Shown: one piece after another, positions 22,800-32,167 of the stretch
How the letters are laid out: each line of letters opens with the position of its first letter
Position numbering within the stretch: the stretch's first letter is position 1
Origin: Dehalococcoidia bacterium
Lineage (GTDB): Bacteria > Chloroflexota > Dehalococcoidia > Bin125
Direction: 5' to 3'
DNA: 64,000 nucleotides
Assembly: GCA_965263065.1 (NCBI GenBank)
Contig: CBDHGH010000003.1
Coordinates: forward strand, 1,727,153-1,791,152
Notes under the pieces: generated by a model
The model's database searches: none
Seen by the model: only the letters and a program-made list of their open reading frames with translations
What the model was told of the DNA's origin: nothing
Program-made: the position numbers and the translations under genes

Positions 22800-23216
22800 G
22801 TGCTCGACTGCCTGGCCCGCTGGGACGCCCGCCCCATCGTCGTGCTGGAGGACCGGCTGCACCCCGGCCTGCGCGGCGGCTGCGACCTCGTCGATGGCCG
22901 CTGGCTGATCATCCTCAACCGCGACGACGCGCCCGCCCAGGCCCGCTTCACCCTGGCCCACGAGTTGGGACACATCGTGCTGGGCGACCTCACCCAGGCG
23001 GCCCCGCCGCCCGGCGGGCGGGCGCACGAGGCGCTCTGCGATCGCTTCGCGGCCGAGCTGCTGCTGCCTGCGCCGCTGCTGCGCGCGGCCTGCCGTCAGA
23101 GCCCGGGCCTGCCCGCGCTCGTCGCCCGCTTCCAGGCGCCCGAGTCCGCGCTGCGACGTCGTTTGACGCAGCTGGGGCTGGCGGCGCCGGTGCCGCCCGG
23201 CCACGCCCCGGTCTGA
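22800..23216 (+). CDS. ImmA/IrrE-family metallopeptidase (start uncertain)
   Basis: FTLAHELGHIVLGD HEXXH motif plus CDRFAAELLLP. The coordinates give the conservative GTG-start core. The frame is open upstream to ATG 22638, which would overlap the XRE gene. Confidence 0.55.
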   Translation: MLDCLARWDARPIVVLEDRLHPGLRGGCDLVDGRWLIILNRDDAPAQARFTLAHELGHIVLGDLTQAAPPPGGRAHEALCDRFAAELLLPAPLLRAACRQSPGLPALVARFQAPESALRRRLTQLGLAAPVPPGHAPV

Positions 23217-23217
23217 G

Positions 23218-24948
23218 TCAGCCCGGCGATTCCTCCTCGTGGACCTCTTCGACGTAGACCTCCTCGACGGCGCCCAGCGCGGCCATCACGAAGTGCTGCG
23301 CGTTGTCGCAGCGCAGGTTGCGCCGCCGCAGCGACGACCGCACCGCGCCGCGGTGCTCGGGCCCGCCCACGAAGGCCAGGTCGGCGTCCTCCATGCAGAG
23401 CTGCAGCAGGAAGCGCATCGCCCCGCGCACGCTCGCCGCGTAGCGCTCGGCGCGCTCGTCGTCGCCGGCCCGCGCCGCCAGCGACAGCCCCCGCACGATC
23501 CCCTCCGTGTAGGCCGCCGTGCCGATCCCGGGCGTGTTCTCGAACGCGCCTCCCCAGAGCGGGTTCGGGTGCGACTCGGGGTGCTGGAACTGCAGCGCCC
23601 AGTCGCCCATCGCGAAGCCGAAGTCGCGCGCCGTCTCGTCCGCGCGCAGGCGGTACCAGGCCTCGCAGGCCTGGAGCATCCAGGTCACGAACGACAGGTC
23701 GCGGTTGCCGTCGTCCCACCACTGCCGGTAGTAGCGCAGCGACGCCAACCCCGCCTCCGCCAGCCGCGGCCGCCCGCTGACCTCGAAGCGGCGCGCCAGC
23801 GCCAGCGCGATCTGCCCCGCGTAGTACGTCTCCGACCCATCCAGCGCGAACCCCCGCGCCTCCGCCCCGAACCCGCCCGACGGCGTCTGCACGGCCAGCA
23901 GCGTCGCCGTCAGCCGTTGCCGGGTGTCCTCGCTGATCGGCGATTGCTCCTTCCACTCGTCCGCCGCGAGCAGGAACAGCGGGATCGCGCCCAGGCGCGG
24001 CGGGTCGCCCCGCACCTGCAGGTAGGCCAGGTTGCCCGGGCCGCCGCGCTTCAGCGCCACCTGCTCCAGGCCCTCCATCGCGCGGGTGGCGGGCGCGGCG
24101 AAGCCGGCCTCCGGCATGCGCCGGGTCAGCCGCGCCAGCGCCCAGGCGCAGCCCGCCTGCCGCACCAGCGAGTCGTCCGGCGACCAGCTCCGCGATTGGT
24201 GCTGATACAGGTAGCGGAAGAGGCCGTTCTCGCGCTGGTGCCGGACCAGCCACATGCCCGCGCGCCCCGCCGCCCGCACCAGATCCTGCCGCCCCACCGA
24301 CTGCGGCCAGACCAGCCGCGTCGCCCCCTGCATCGCCATCGGCCCCACCGGGCGGTCGCTGGGCGGCCACAGCATCCCCACCACCTCGCGCGTGCGGAAC
24401 CGCGCCACCCCCACCGACGGCGGCAGCCGCGTGCCCGGCGGCCGCACGGCGCGCAGCAGCGCCTTCGCCCAGCGGGCGTTGCCGCGCCCGCCGCTCAGCG
24501 CGTCGGCCGGCCAGCCCCCGGCCGTGCGATCCCCGTCCCGCAGCGCCAGCCCGTCGATGCCGGCGTGGGTCGCGTGCAGCAGGCCGCTCAGCCCCACCGG
24601 CCGGATCGGCTCCGCCCGCGTCACGATCTCGACATCGACCAGCGTGGCGTTGAACTCGTCGTCGGCGGGGACGCCGCCGTCCACCGCCGCCACGGCCGCG
24701 CCCGCCGCCCGCCGCACGGCCGTCGGCAGGTCGGGGCCCGTCGCCTCGGCGCGGCCCAGCAGCACGCCCGATCGCCAGAGCCCCACCCGCGCCCGCCCCA
24801 CGACGGACATCCAGGACGGCGTGTCCTGCGGGGCGGGCGTCGCAGCCCCCTCGCGGGCGAACTCCAGCAGCGCCTCGTCGATGATCGTGTCGGGGATCGC
24901 CGGCTGGGGCTCGGGCTCGGGTTGGGGCGTGGTCTGTGGGTCGTCCAT
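23218..24948 (-). CDS. hypothetical 576-aa protein, C-terminal alpha/alpha-toroid-like repeats
   Basis: From ATG 24948 (MDDPQTTPQPEPEPQ...). Helical repeats LVRQAGCAWALARL, YYAGQIALALARRF, FVTWMLQACEAWYRL resemble terpene-cyclase/prenyltransferase-like toroids (by eye). Confidence 0.45.
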   Translation of the reverse strand: MDDPQTTPQPEPEPQPAIPDTIIDEALLEFAREGAATPAPQDTPSWMSVVGRARVGLWRSGVLLGRAEATGPDLPTAVRRAAGAAVAAVDGGVPADDEFNATLVDVEIVTRAEPIRPVGLSGLLHATHAGIDGLALRDGDRTAGGWPADALSGGRGNARWAKALLRAVRPPGTRLPPSVGVARFRTREVVGMLWPPSDRPVGPMAMQGATRLVWPQSVGRQDLVRAAGRAGMWLVRHQRENGLFRYLYQHQSRSWSPDDSLVRQAGCAWALARLTRRMPEAGFAAPATRAMEGLEQVALKRGGPGNLAYLQVRGDPPRLGAIPLFLLAADEWKEQSPISEDTRQRLTATLLAVQTPSGGFGAEARGFALDGSETYYAGQIALALARRFEVSGRPRLAEAGLASLRYYRQWWDDGNRDLSFVTWMLQACEAWYRLRADETARDFGFAMGDWALQFQHPESHPNPLWGGAFENTPGIGTAAYTEGIVRGLSLAARAGDDERAERYAASVRGAMRFLLQLCMEDADLAFVGGPEHRGAVRSSLRRRNLRCDNAQHFVMAALGAVEEVYVEEVHEEESPG

Positions 24949-25020
24949 GACGGCAATGCTGGCGCAGCCGCGCCTCCCGCGCCATCCCCCGCCTAGACTC
25001 CGGGAGTGAGGAGGGGCCGC

Positions 25021-26184
25021 ATGGACGTCGAACTGACCGACGCGCAGCGCATGATCCGCGACGCCACCCGCGAGTTCTGCCGCCGCGAGATCGAACCGAT
25101 CGCCGATCGAATCGACGCCGAGGACTGGTTCCCGCGCGAGCTCTGGCCGAAGCTGGGCGCGCTCGGCGTGCTGGGCGTCATGGCCCCCGTCGAGTACGGC
25201 GGCGCCGGCGCCGACCTGCTCTCCGGCGTGCTGGTGATCGAGGAGATCGCCAAAGTCTCGGCCTCGATCGCGCTGTCTTACGGCGCGCACGCCAACCTCT
25301 GCGTCAACAACATCACGCTCAACGCCAGCGACGCGCAGCGACGCCGCTACCTGCCCGCCCTGTGCGACGGCAGCGCCATCGGCGCGCTGGCCCTGACCGA
25401 GCCCGAGGCCGGCTCCGACGCCGTCGGCATCCGCACCACGGCCCGCCGCGCGGGCGATGTCTACGTCCTCAACGGCCGCAAGATGTTCATCACCAACGGC
25501 TCCGTGGCCGACACCCTGGTGCTCTACGCCAAGACCGACCCCGCCGCCGGATCGCGCGGCATCACCGCCTTCCTCGTCGAGAGCGGCTTCCCCGGCTTCG
25601 CCGTCGGCCAGCGGCTCGACAAGCTCGGGCATCGTGGGTCGCCCACGGCCGAGCTGCTGCTCGACGATTGCCAGGCGCCGGCCGGCAACGTCATCGGCGA
25701 GGTGGGTCGCGGCGTGCAGGTGATGATGCAGGGCCTCGCCATCGAGCGCGCCTTCCTGGCCGGGGAGGCCATCGGCATCGCGGAAGCGGCGCTGGCCGAG
25801 GCGATCGCCTACGCCCGCCAGCGGCGGCAGTTCGGCCGGCGCATCGGCGACTTCCAACTGATCCAGGCCAAGCTGGCCGACATGTACACCGAGACCGAGG
25901 CCGCCCGCTGGCTCGTCTACAGCACCGCCGTGCGCGCCGGGGCGGCCGCCGCCGGCAGCGGCCAGCGCTTCGACAAGGAGGCCGCCGCGGCCATCCTCTT
26001 CGCGGCCGAAGTCTCCAGCCGCGTCGCGAACCAGGCCGTCCAGATTCACGGCGGCTACGGCTACATCAACGAGGCCCGTGTCTCGCGCTACCTGCGCGAC
26101 GCCCGGCTGCTGGAGATCGGCGCGGGCACGAGCGAGATCCGGCGCTTGCTCATCGGCCGGGAGCTGATCGGGCCCGAGGCATGA
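25021..26184 (+). CDS. acyl-CoA dehydrogenase (isovaleryl-CoA dehydrogenase-like)
   Basis: ...ALTEPEAGSDAVGIRTTA...FITNG...QIHGGYGYINEARVSRYLRDARLLEIGAGTSEI. An alternative start lies at 25006. Confidence 0.85.
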   Translation: MDVELTDAQRMIRDATREFCRREIEPIADRIDAEDWFPRELWPKLGALGVLGVMAPVEYGGAGADLLSGVLVIEEIAKVSASIALSYGAHANLCVNNITLNASDAQRRRYLPALCDGSAIGALALTEPEAGSDAVGIRTTARRAGDVYVLNGRKMFITNGSVADTLVLYAKTDPAAGSRGITAFLVESGFPGFAVGQRLDKLGHRGSPTAELLLDDCQAPAGNVIGEVGRGVQVMMQGLAIERAFLAGEAIGIAEAALAEAIAYARQRRQFGRRIGDFQLIQAKLADMYTETEAARWLVYSTAVRAGAAAAGSGQRFDKEAAAAILFAAEVSSRVANQAVQIHGGYGYINEARVSRYLRDARLLEIGAGTSEIRRLLIGRELIGPEA

Positions 26185-26195
26185 GTCGCCAGTAG

Positions 26196-27743
26196 TCAGG
26201 CGTCCTCGTCGGGCGACGGCCCGACCGGCGCCTCCGACATCTCCGCGGGCTCCCGGAAGGGCCCCTGCGACGGCCGATCGCCGCGCGCGACCCCGCGCGG
26301 CGCGGCGCCGACGCTCGCGGGCGGCGCGATCGGCGGCCCCGGCACCGCGACCGGCGCGCCGGGCGCGCGCGTCACCACGGCGCCGATCACGCGGTCGCGC
26401 AACTGCCCCAGCCGTTCCGCGGTCTGCTCGATCAACTCCGGGTCCGCCGACAGGCCGTTGACTACCACCAGCGTCGCTTCCGCCTGCCGGGCCAGCGCCG
26501 GCGCACCCTCGGTGCTCAGCGGCGGCCCGTCCACGATCACCAAGCTCGACTCGTCGGCGAGTTGCAACAGCACCTCGCCCAGGCGCGGGCTGCGATACAG
26601 CGCCGCCGCCTCGCCGACGGCTGCCTCACCGACGGGCCCCTCGCCCACGGACGCCGTGCGACGGCCGGACGCGTGCTGCGGCGTGCCGGCGCTCAGCACC
26701 CGCAGCGGCGGCGTCGGCACGCCCCCGAGTGCGCGTCCCGCGGGCGCCGGGTCGATGTCGACGCGCTGCAGCGGCAGGGGAGTCTCCGGCAGCGTCGCGG
26801 GGTCGATCACGCCCGGGACCGCCGTGGGCGGGCGCAGGCTCTCGGCGAGGCCGGGCCCGGCCTCGATGCCGAGCGCGTGGTGGACCGACGGCGCGGCCAG
26901 GTCGGCGTCGACCAGCGTCGTGGCGACGCCCCCCCGCGACGCGGCCAGCGCCAGTTGGATCGCGACCGTCGTCGCGCCGTCCCCCTCCTCCACCCCGGCG
27001 ACGAGCAGCGTGCGGAACCCGCGGGTCCGCCGGCGTTCATCGACCACCGTATGCAGGATCCCGTACGGCGATGTCAGCGTGCCCGCCGACGCCCCGCCGG
27101 TGGCGCTCCGCGGCAGCGACGCCAGCACCGGCCAGCCCGTCAGGCGGGCGACATCGATGGCGTGCCGGCCGGGCCGCTCCCGCCCCGACACCAGCAGCGC
27201 CAGCCCCAGCCCCATGACCAGCCCCGCCGCGACGGCGGCCGCCGTGTTGCGCGCCGTGTCGCCGCCCGCGCGGCGCTGCGGCAGCAGCGGCTGCCGGTAG
27301 GGCGTCAGCAGGGCGCCGTGGTCCGTCACGCGGGGGTCGCGGGCCTCGCTCATGAATACGCGCGCCAGCGCCTCCGCCTCCCGCGGCGACGGCGCCCGCG
27401 CCAGCACCTCGATCACGATGCCCTCGCTGCGCACATCGATGCGCTCGCGCAGGGCCTCGGCCGTCGTGTCGAGTTGCAGCGCGCTGATCGTCTGCGCGAA
27501 GACCACCTCGCGCTGTAGCTCCGCCACCAGGGCCTCCGGCGTCAGCGGGCCGCCCTCCGGCGCGAGCAGCGCCGCGCGCGACTCGTAGACCTGATCCTGC
27601 CGCTCCGACAGCGCGAAGGCCGCCGCCGCCGCCACTGCCGCCACGACCAGCGGCAGCCACCAGACGAAGCCCCGCGTCCGGAATCGCGACGCCGCCGGGG
27701 CGGAAACGATCGCCCTGGGGGGCGTGGGGGAGACGTACGTCAT
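26196..27743 (-). CDS. Wzz/chain-length-determinant plus BY-kinase-like protein with degenerate P-loop
   Basis: TM segments flank a periplasmic-like domain. The ATPase-like domain reads LLVAGVEEGDGATTVAIQLA...LVDADLAAPSV where GEGKS/T and DADLRRP are expected. No C-terminal Tyr cluster. Confidence 0.6.
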   Translation of the reverse strand: MTYVSPTPPRAIVSAPAASRFRTRGFVWWLPLVVAAVAAAAAFALSERQDQVYESRAALLAPEGGPLTPEALVAELQREVVFAQTISALQLDTTAEALRERIDVRSEGIVIEVLARAPSPREAEALARVFMSEARDPRVTDHGALLTPYRQPLLPQRRAGGDTARNTAAAVAAGLVMGLGLALLVSGRERPGRHAIDVARLTGWPVLASLPRSATGGASAGTLTSPYGILHTVVDERRRTRGFRTLLVAGVEEGDGATTVAIQLALAASRGGVATTLVDADLAAPSVHHALGIEAGPGLAESLRPPTAVPGVIDPATLPETPLPLQRVDIDPAPAGRALGGVPTPPLRVLSAGTPQHASGRRTASVGEGPVGEAAVGEAAALYRSPRLGEVLLQLADESSLVIVDGPPLSTEGAPALARQAEATLVVVNGLSADPELIEQTAERLGQLRDRVIGAVVTRAPGAPVAVPGPPIAPPASVGAAPRGVARGDRPSQGPFREPAEMSEAPVGPSPDEDA

Positions 27744-27970
27744 CGCGGCCAATCCTACTCCCACTGCCCGCCGGGCCAATCCACCCGGCGCCGTTGTGTG
27801 TCCTCGCCCCGCCGGGCGTGTAGCGTATTCACCCAGACGGCGGACGGGGACGGGCCGCGCGACCAGGCGTCGCGACGGGGGAGCGGTTGCTGGTGCGATT
27901 GCCGGCGCGATTGTCGCTGCAATTTCCAGGGGGGCGACCGCGGGGCCTGCGTGCGGCGCCGCGTCGCCGC

Positions 27971-30900
27971 ATGCGCGGGGCCGGGGCGCTGTTCGTCGTG
28001 CTGCTGCTGGCCCTCGGCCTGCCCGCCGACGCCCCGCTGCGCGCCCAGCAGACCGATGCCCTGCCGCCGCTGCTCCACGCTCTCGCCAGCCAGGCCGAGC
28101 GGCTCCACGCCGCCGGCGCCTCCATCGACGGGAACGGCCTTGATGGAAACGGGCTCGCCGGGACGAGCAAAGCCCTGCGCGACGCCATCGCGCTGCGCAG
28201 CCTGCGCCTCAACGACGCGGGCGCGGTGCAGGTCGCGGTGCGGCTGTGGGGGGACGGGCCGCCCGCCGGCGCGCTGGCCGCGCTGGGCGTCGAGACGCAG
28301 ATCTGGCGGCCCGACCTCGGCCACGCGCAACTCCTCGTGCCCCCGGCCCAACTGCGCGCCCTGCTCGCGCTGCCCGGCATCCGCGACGTCGCGCTGCCCA
28401 GCTACGCGATCTCCGCCCGCGGCGCCGTCACGACCGAGGGCGACAGCGCCCTCCGCTTCGAGGCGCTCCGCACGCGCACGGGCCTGACCGGCGACGGCGT
28501 GCGTGTCGGCGTCATCGCCGAGGGCATCGCCGGCCTCGCCGACGCCCAGGCCAGCGGCGACCTCCCCGCCCTCGCCGGCCAGCAGGACTTCACGGGGGAG
28601 GGCGTCGATGGCAGCGCCGAGGGCACCGCGATGCTGGAGATCGTCCACGACATCGCGCCCAACGCCGCGCTCTACTTCGCCGCCGCCACCACCGACGCCG
28701 AGATGATCGAGGCCGTCGACTACCTCGCCCGGCGCACCGATGTCGTCGTCGACGACCTCAGCTTCCACTTCCCGGACGACCAGCGCAGCGCCGTCTCGCT
28801 CAACACCGCCGCCGCCCTCAACCACCCGGGCTGGCCGATCCGCGCCTACGTCACCGCCGCCGGCAATTGGGCCCTGCGCCACTACGAGGGCGAGTTCCGC
28901 GCCGGCCCCGGCGGTCGCACGCTGGGCCTGACCGGCGCCGGTCCCGTGCACCTCTTCGGCCGCGACGGCGCGACCGACCAACTCGGCCGCGGCGAGGCGC
29001 CCTACAACGAAATCCGCCTCGAGTCCGGCGACGAACTCCGCGCCGTGCTGCACTGGAACGACCCCTGGGGCGACTCGAGCAACGACTACGACCTGTTCCT
29101 GCTCGACGAGAGCGGCGCGGTCGTGGCCTCGGGCGCCGCGCAGCAGGGCGTCTCGACGCGCAACCCCCGGGAGCGCATCGTCTACCAGCACGACGGCGAG
29201 AGCGGGCGCTTCCGGCTCGTCGTGCAGAACGCCGGCGGACGCGCCGCCCCGCGCCGCCTGGAGATGTTCGCGTTCGGCCCGAAGGCGCTCGAACCGGACG
29301 GCACGATCCTCAACTTCAACACGACCGCCAGCAGCCTGCTCGCGCAGAGCGACGCCCCGGGCGGCGTCATCACGATCGCCGCCGTCGGGCACGCCCCCGC
29401 CGACTTCCGCCGCGCGCGCCCGTACAGCAGCCGCGGGCCGACCAACAACGGCGCCCGCAAGCCCGACCTGGCCGCCGTCGACAACGTCGCGATCACGGGC
29501 GGCGGCGACTTCGCATCGCCCTTCTTCGGCACCAGCGCGGCCGCGCCGCACGTCGCGGCGCTGGCGGCCCTGCTGCTCGAGGCGCGGCCGCAGTTGCTGG
29601 CCGAGGACGGCGGCCGGCCCGATCGCGAACGCGAGCTCCTGCGTCACGTGCTGACCGGCTCCGCCATCGACCTGGCGCCGCCCGGCCCCGACGACGCCAC
29701 CGGCGCCGGCCGCGTCGACGCGCTGGCCGCCGCCAGCCTGCTGGACGCCACGGTGCTGGTCGTCGATCGCGACGTGCCCGCCGGCCCGGGCAGCCTCCGC
29801 GCCGCCATCGTCGCCGTCAACCAGCCGGCCGCCAACCGGCCGGCCGGTGGCCCGCGCGCGATCTTCATCGACGCCGGACTCAGCATCCCGTTGACGGCGG
29901 CGCTGCCCCCCATCACGCGCGGCGACGTGAGCCTCTCCGGCGCGGCGACGATCGTGGGCGACCGCCTGCCCGCCGGTGCGCCGGGCCTCGTCCTGAGCGC
30001 GGCGGCGGTCGCCATCGACGGGCTCACGATCAGCGGCGTCCCCGGCGTCGCGATCCGCGTCGCCGGCGCCGAGGACATCGCGATCGACGGCGTCACGCTG
30101 ATCGGCAACGGCGCCGGCATCCAGATCGACGACGGGTCGGCCCGCGTCGCGATCGGCGCCATGCAGGGCGTCACGATCACCGCCAACGACGGCCCCGGCG
30201 TGGTCGTCGCCGGCGAGGGGACACACGACGTCACGATCCAGAACAGCCGCATCGGCGTCACGCCGGCCGGCCTGGCGGCGGGCAACGCCGGCGACGGCGT
30301 CCGCGTGGAGGCCGGCGCGACCGGCGTCGTGCTGGGCGCGCCCGCCAGCGCCGAGCCCCGGCTTCGCACTGCCCAGGCCGCTGGCCAGGCCGCGACCCTC
30401 GTCCATACGATCCGCGGGCGCGTGATCCTCAACGGACAGCCCGCGCCCGCGGGCACGATCGTCGAAGCGCTGATCGACGGGCAGATCGTTGCCGCCACCG
30501 CGGTAGGCGTCGTCGACGTCGACGGCGCGCCCGGCTTCGTGCTCACGATCCCCGGCCCGGGCCTGGTGGTGCGCTTCCGCGTCGCCGGCCTGCCCGCCAT
30601 GCGGCTGATCTTCTTCGAGCCGGGCGCGCGCTCCGACATCGTGCTGGAAGCGAGCGGCGAGTTCCCCCAGTCGGAGCTGAGGCTGGCCGGCGCGAACGTC
30701 ATCGCCTACAACGCCGGCGCCGGCCTGCGCCACGACGCCGGCCTCGTCACCTATCGCGGCAACGCCATCTACGGCAACGCGGACGGCGACGTCCGCGGCG
30801 ACGCGCCCACCCCCGCGCCGCCCGTCCTGACCGCGTTCCACTACACCGGGGACCGCCTGCGCGTCGATGCCACGGCCCCCGCCGGCGCGACCGTCGACCT

Positions 30901-31630
30901 GTACGTCGTCGAGGATCCGGCCGCGCCCGGCGTCGTGGCCGATCCCGACGGGGCCGGCGGGGCGCTGCGCTATCTCGGCAGCGCACTGCCCGGCGACGCC
31001 AGCTTCCGCGCCGCCGGCCTCGCCCCCGGGACGGCCCTCGCGCTGACCGCGCTGGCGACCGACGCCAGCGGCGCGACCTCCCGCTTCGCGACCAACCTGC
31101 GGCTCGGCCCGGGCCCGCGCATCGACGCCGTCTTCCCGGCCGAGGGCTCCAACGCCGGCGGCGTCCAGGTGACGATCACGGGCGCGGGGCTGGGCGACCT
31201 CGCCGGCTTCCACGTCGCTTTCGGCGATCGCGCGGCGACCGCGCTCAGTGTCAGCGATACGCGCGCGGTCGTGATCACGCCGCCGCAGCCGGCCGGCCCC
31301 GCCGCCCTCACGATCGAGGTCTCGGACGGGCGCACGCGGCGCGTCGAGGAGGCGTTCACCTTCCTCGCCGGGCGCGTCGTGCTGCTCAGTCCGGGCTGGA
31401 ACAACGTCACCTGGTCGGGGCCCCGCACGTCGATCACCGCCGTCATCGCGCCGCTGGCGCCGCGCGTCAACGGGGTCTGGGCCTGGTTCGCCGCCGAGCA
31501 GCGCTGGCGCAGCTACCGCGTGGGCGCGCCCGCCATCGTCAACCGGCTCACCGCGCTGCAGCCGGGCCAGGCGATCTGGCTCCTGCTCGAAGGCGACCGG
31601 CCGCTGACCTGGGAGCAGCCGCCGCCGTAG
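27971..31630 (+). CDS. secreted subtilase-like (S8-type) protein with beta-helix-like repeats and an IPT/TIG-like domain, 1219 aa
   Basis: Signal peptide MRGAGALFVVLLLALGLPADAPLRAQ. AAGN and GTSAAAPHVAALAALL motifs. GxxIxG-type repeats across 29.9-30.8 kb. VFPAEGSNAGGVQVTITGAGL IPT-like segment. Confidence 0.65.
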   Translation: MRGAGALFVVLLLALGLPADAPLRAQQTDALPPLLHALASQAERLHAAGASIDGNGLDGNGLAGTSKALRDAIALRSLRLNDAGAVQVAVRLWGDGPPAGALAALGVETQIWRPDLGHAQLLVPPAQLRALLALPGIRDVALPSYAISARGAVTTEGDSALRFEALRTRTGLTGDGVRVGVIAEGIAGLADAQASGDLPALAGQQDFTGEGVDGSAEGTAMLEIVHDIAPNAALYFAAATTDAEMIEAVDYLARRTDVVVDDLSFHFPDDQRSAVSLNTAAALNHPGWPIRAYVTAAGNWALRHYEGEFRAGPGGRTLGLTGAGPVHLFGRDGATDQLGRGEAPYNEIRLESGDELRAVLHWNDPWGDSSNDYDLFLLDESGAVVASGAAQQGVSTRNPRERIVYQHDGESGRFRLVVQNAGGRAAPRRLEMFAFGPKALEPDGTILNFNTTASSLLAQSDAPGGVITIAAVGHAPADFRRARPYSSRGPTNNGARKPDLAAVDNVAITGGGDFASPFFGTSAAAPHVAALAALLLEARPQLLAEDGGRPDRERELLRHVLTGSAIDLAPPGPDDATGAGRVDALAAASLLDATVLVVDRDVPAGPGSLRAAIVAVNQPAANRPAGGPRAIFIDAGLSIPLTAALPPITRGDVSLSGAATIVGDRLPAGAPGLVLSAAAVAIDGLTISGVPGVAIRVAGAEDIAIDGVTLIGNGAGIQIDDGSARVAIGAMQGVTITANDGPGVVVAGEGTHDVTIQNSRIGVTPAGLAAGNAGDGVRVEAGATGVVLGAPASAEPRLRTAQAAGQAATLVHTIRGRVILNGQPAPAGTIVEALIDGQIVAATAVGVVDVDGAPGFVLTIPGPGLVVRFRVAGLPAMRLIFFEPGARSDIVLEASGEFPQSELRLAGANVIAYNAGAGLRHDAGLVTYRGNAIYGNADGDVRGDAPTPAPPVLTAFHYTGDRLRVDATAPAGATVDLYVVEDPAAPGVVADPDGAGGALRYLGSALPGDASFRAAGLAPGTALALTALATDASGATSRFATNLRLGPGPRIDAVFPAEGSNAGGVQVTITGAGLGDLAGFHVAFGDRAATALSVSDTRAVVITPPQPAGPAALTIEVSDGRTRRVEEAFTFLAGRVVLLSPGWNNVTWSGPRTSITAVIAPLAPRVNGVWAWFAAEQRWRSYRVGAPAIVNRLTALQPGQAIWLLLEGDRPLTWEQPPP

Positions 31631-31708
31631 TGCCTGTTCACATTGCGGCGGCGTCGTGGCAGGGCGCGGATAGTGCGGCGCCTGCCGGACTCAGGCTATG
31701 ATTGGCTC

Positions 31709-32068
31709 ATGACCACCCGCTCCAACTACCACACCGACACCGCGAACGCGTTCCTTATCAAGGGTCGCGCCCACCTCGCCGAGGGGGACCTGCTGCAGGC
31801 CTCGGAGAAGGGATGGGGCGCCACCGCCCGCATGGTCAAGGCCGTCGCCGAAACGCGCGGCTGGCCGAACCGCACCCACGGCGACCTGTACCGCGCCGTC
31901 GACCGCTTGGCGGAGGAACGCTCCGACCCGCGGCTGCAGACTCTCTTTAGCGCGGCCGGATCCCTGCACCAAAACTTCTACGAGGGGCACATGGCCGAGG
32001 CGAGCGTCGCCAACGGCCTCAATGATGCCGAGGAGTTCGTCGGCCGGCTGCAGGCCGTCATCGACTGA
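31709..32068 (+). CDS. PaREP1-like protein, paralog 2
   Basis: LQASEKGWGATARMVKAVAETRGWPNRTHGDLY...AGSLHQNFYEGH. Confidence 0.6.
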   Translation: MTTRSNYHTDTANAFLIKGRAHLAEGDLLQASEKGWGATARMVKAVAETRGWPNRTHGDLYRAVDRLAEERSDPRLQTLFSAAGSLHQNFYEGHMAEASVANGLNDAEEFVGRLQAVID

Positions 32069-32167
32069 GCGGTGTTCGGGAAGCCCCGGGCCGCCTGCGT
32101 CCGCCTCGCGCGCAACCGCGGCGCGCGGCGATCAATCTGAACAGGCCCTCGTCCGGCCCCGTCAGCC

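Noticed and set aside
24949-26049. N-terminal 367 aa of the 943-aa ORF 23218-26049.
   Set aside because: This part is antisense to the well-supported acyl-CoA dehydrogenase gene and is low-complexity. The real gene most plausibly starts at ATG 24948 (MDDPQTT...).
28590-28660. Reading LEIVHD in the subtilase-like protein as a sedolisin-type (S53) Glu-x3-Asp catalytic pair.
   Set aside because: In my by-eye register, the Glu that aligns with the subtilisin His is the one in AEGT, four residues before a Met rather than an Asp. The idea cannot be supported without a profile alignment.
27755-31701. Two ORFs of more than 1100 aa (27755-31213 minus, 28246-31701 plus) overlapping the subtilase-like gene.
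   Set aside because: They are an alternative frame and the antisense strand of the 27971-31630 gene. Only that frame has a signal peptide and recognisable S8 motifs. The others are Arg/Gly/Asp-rich noise.
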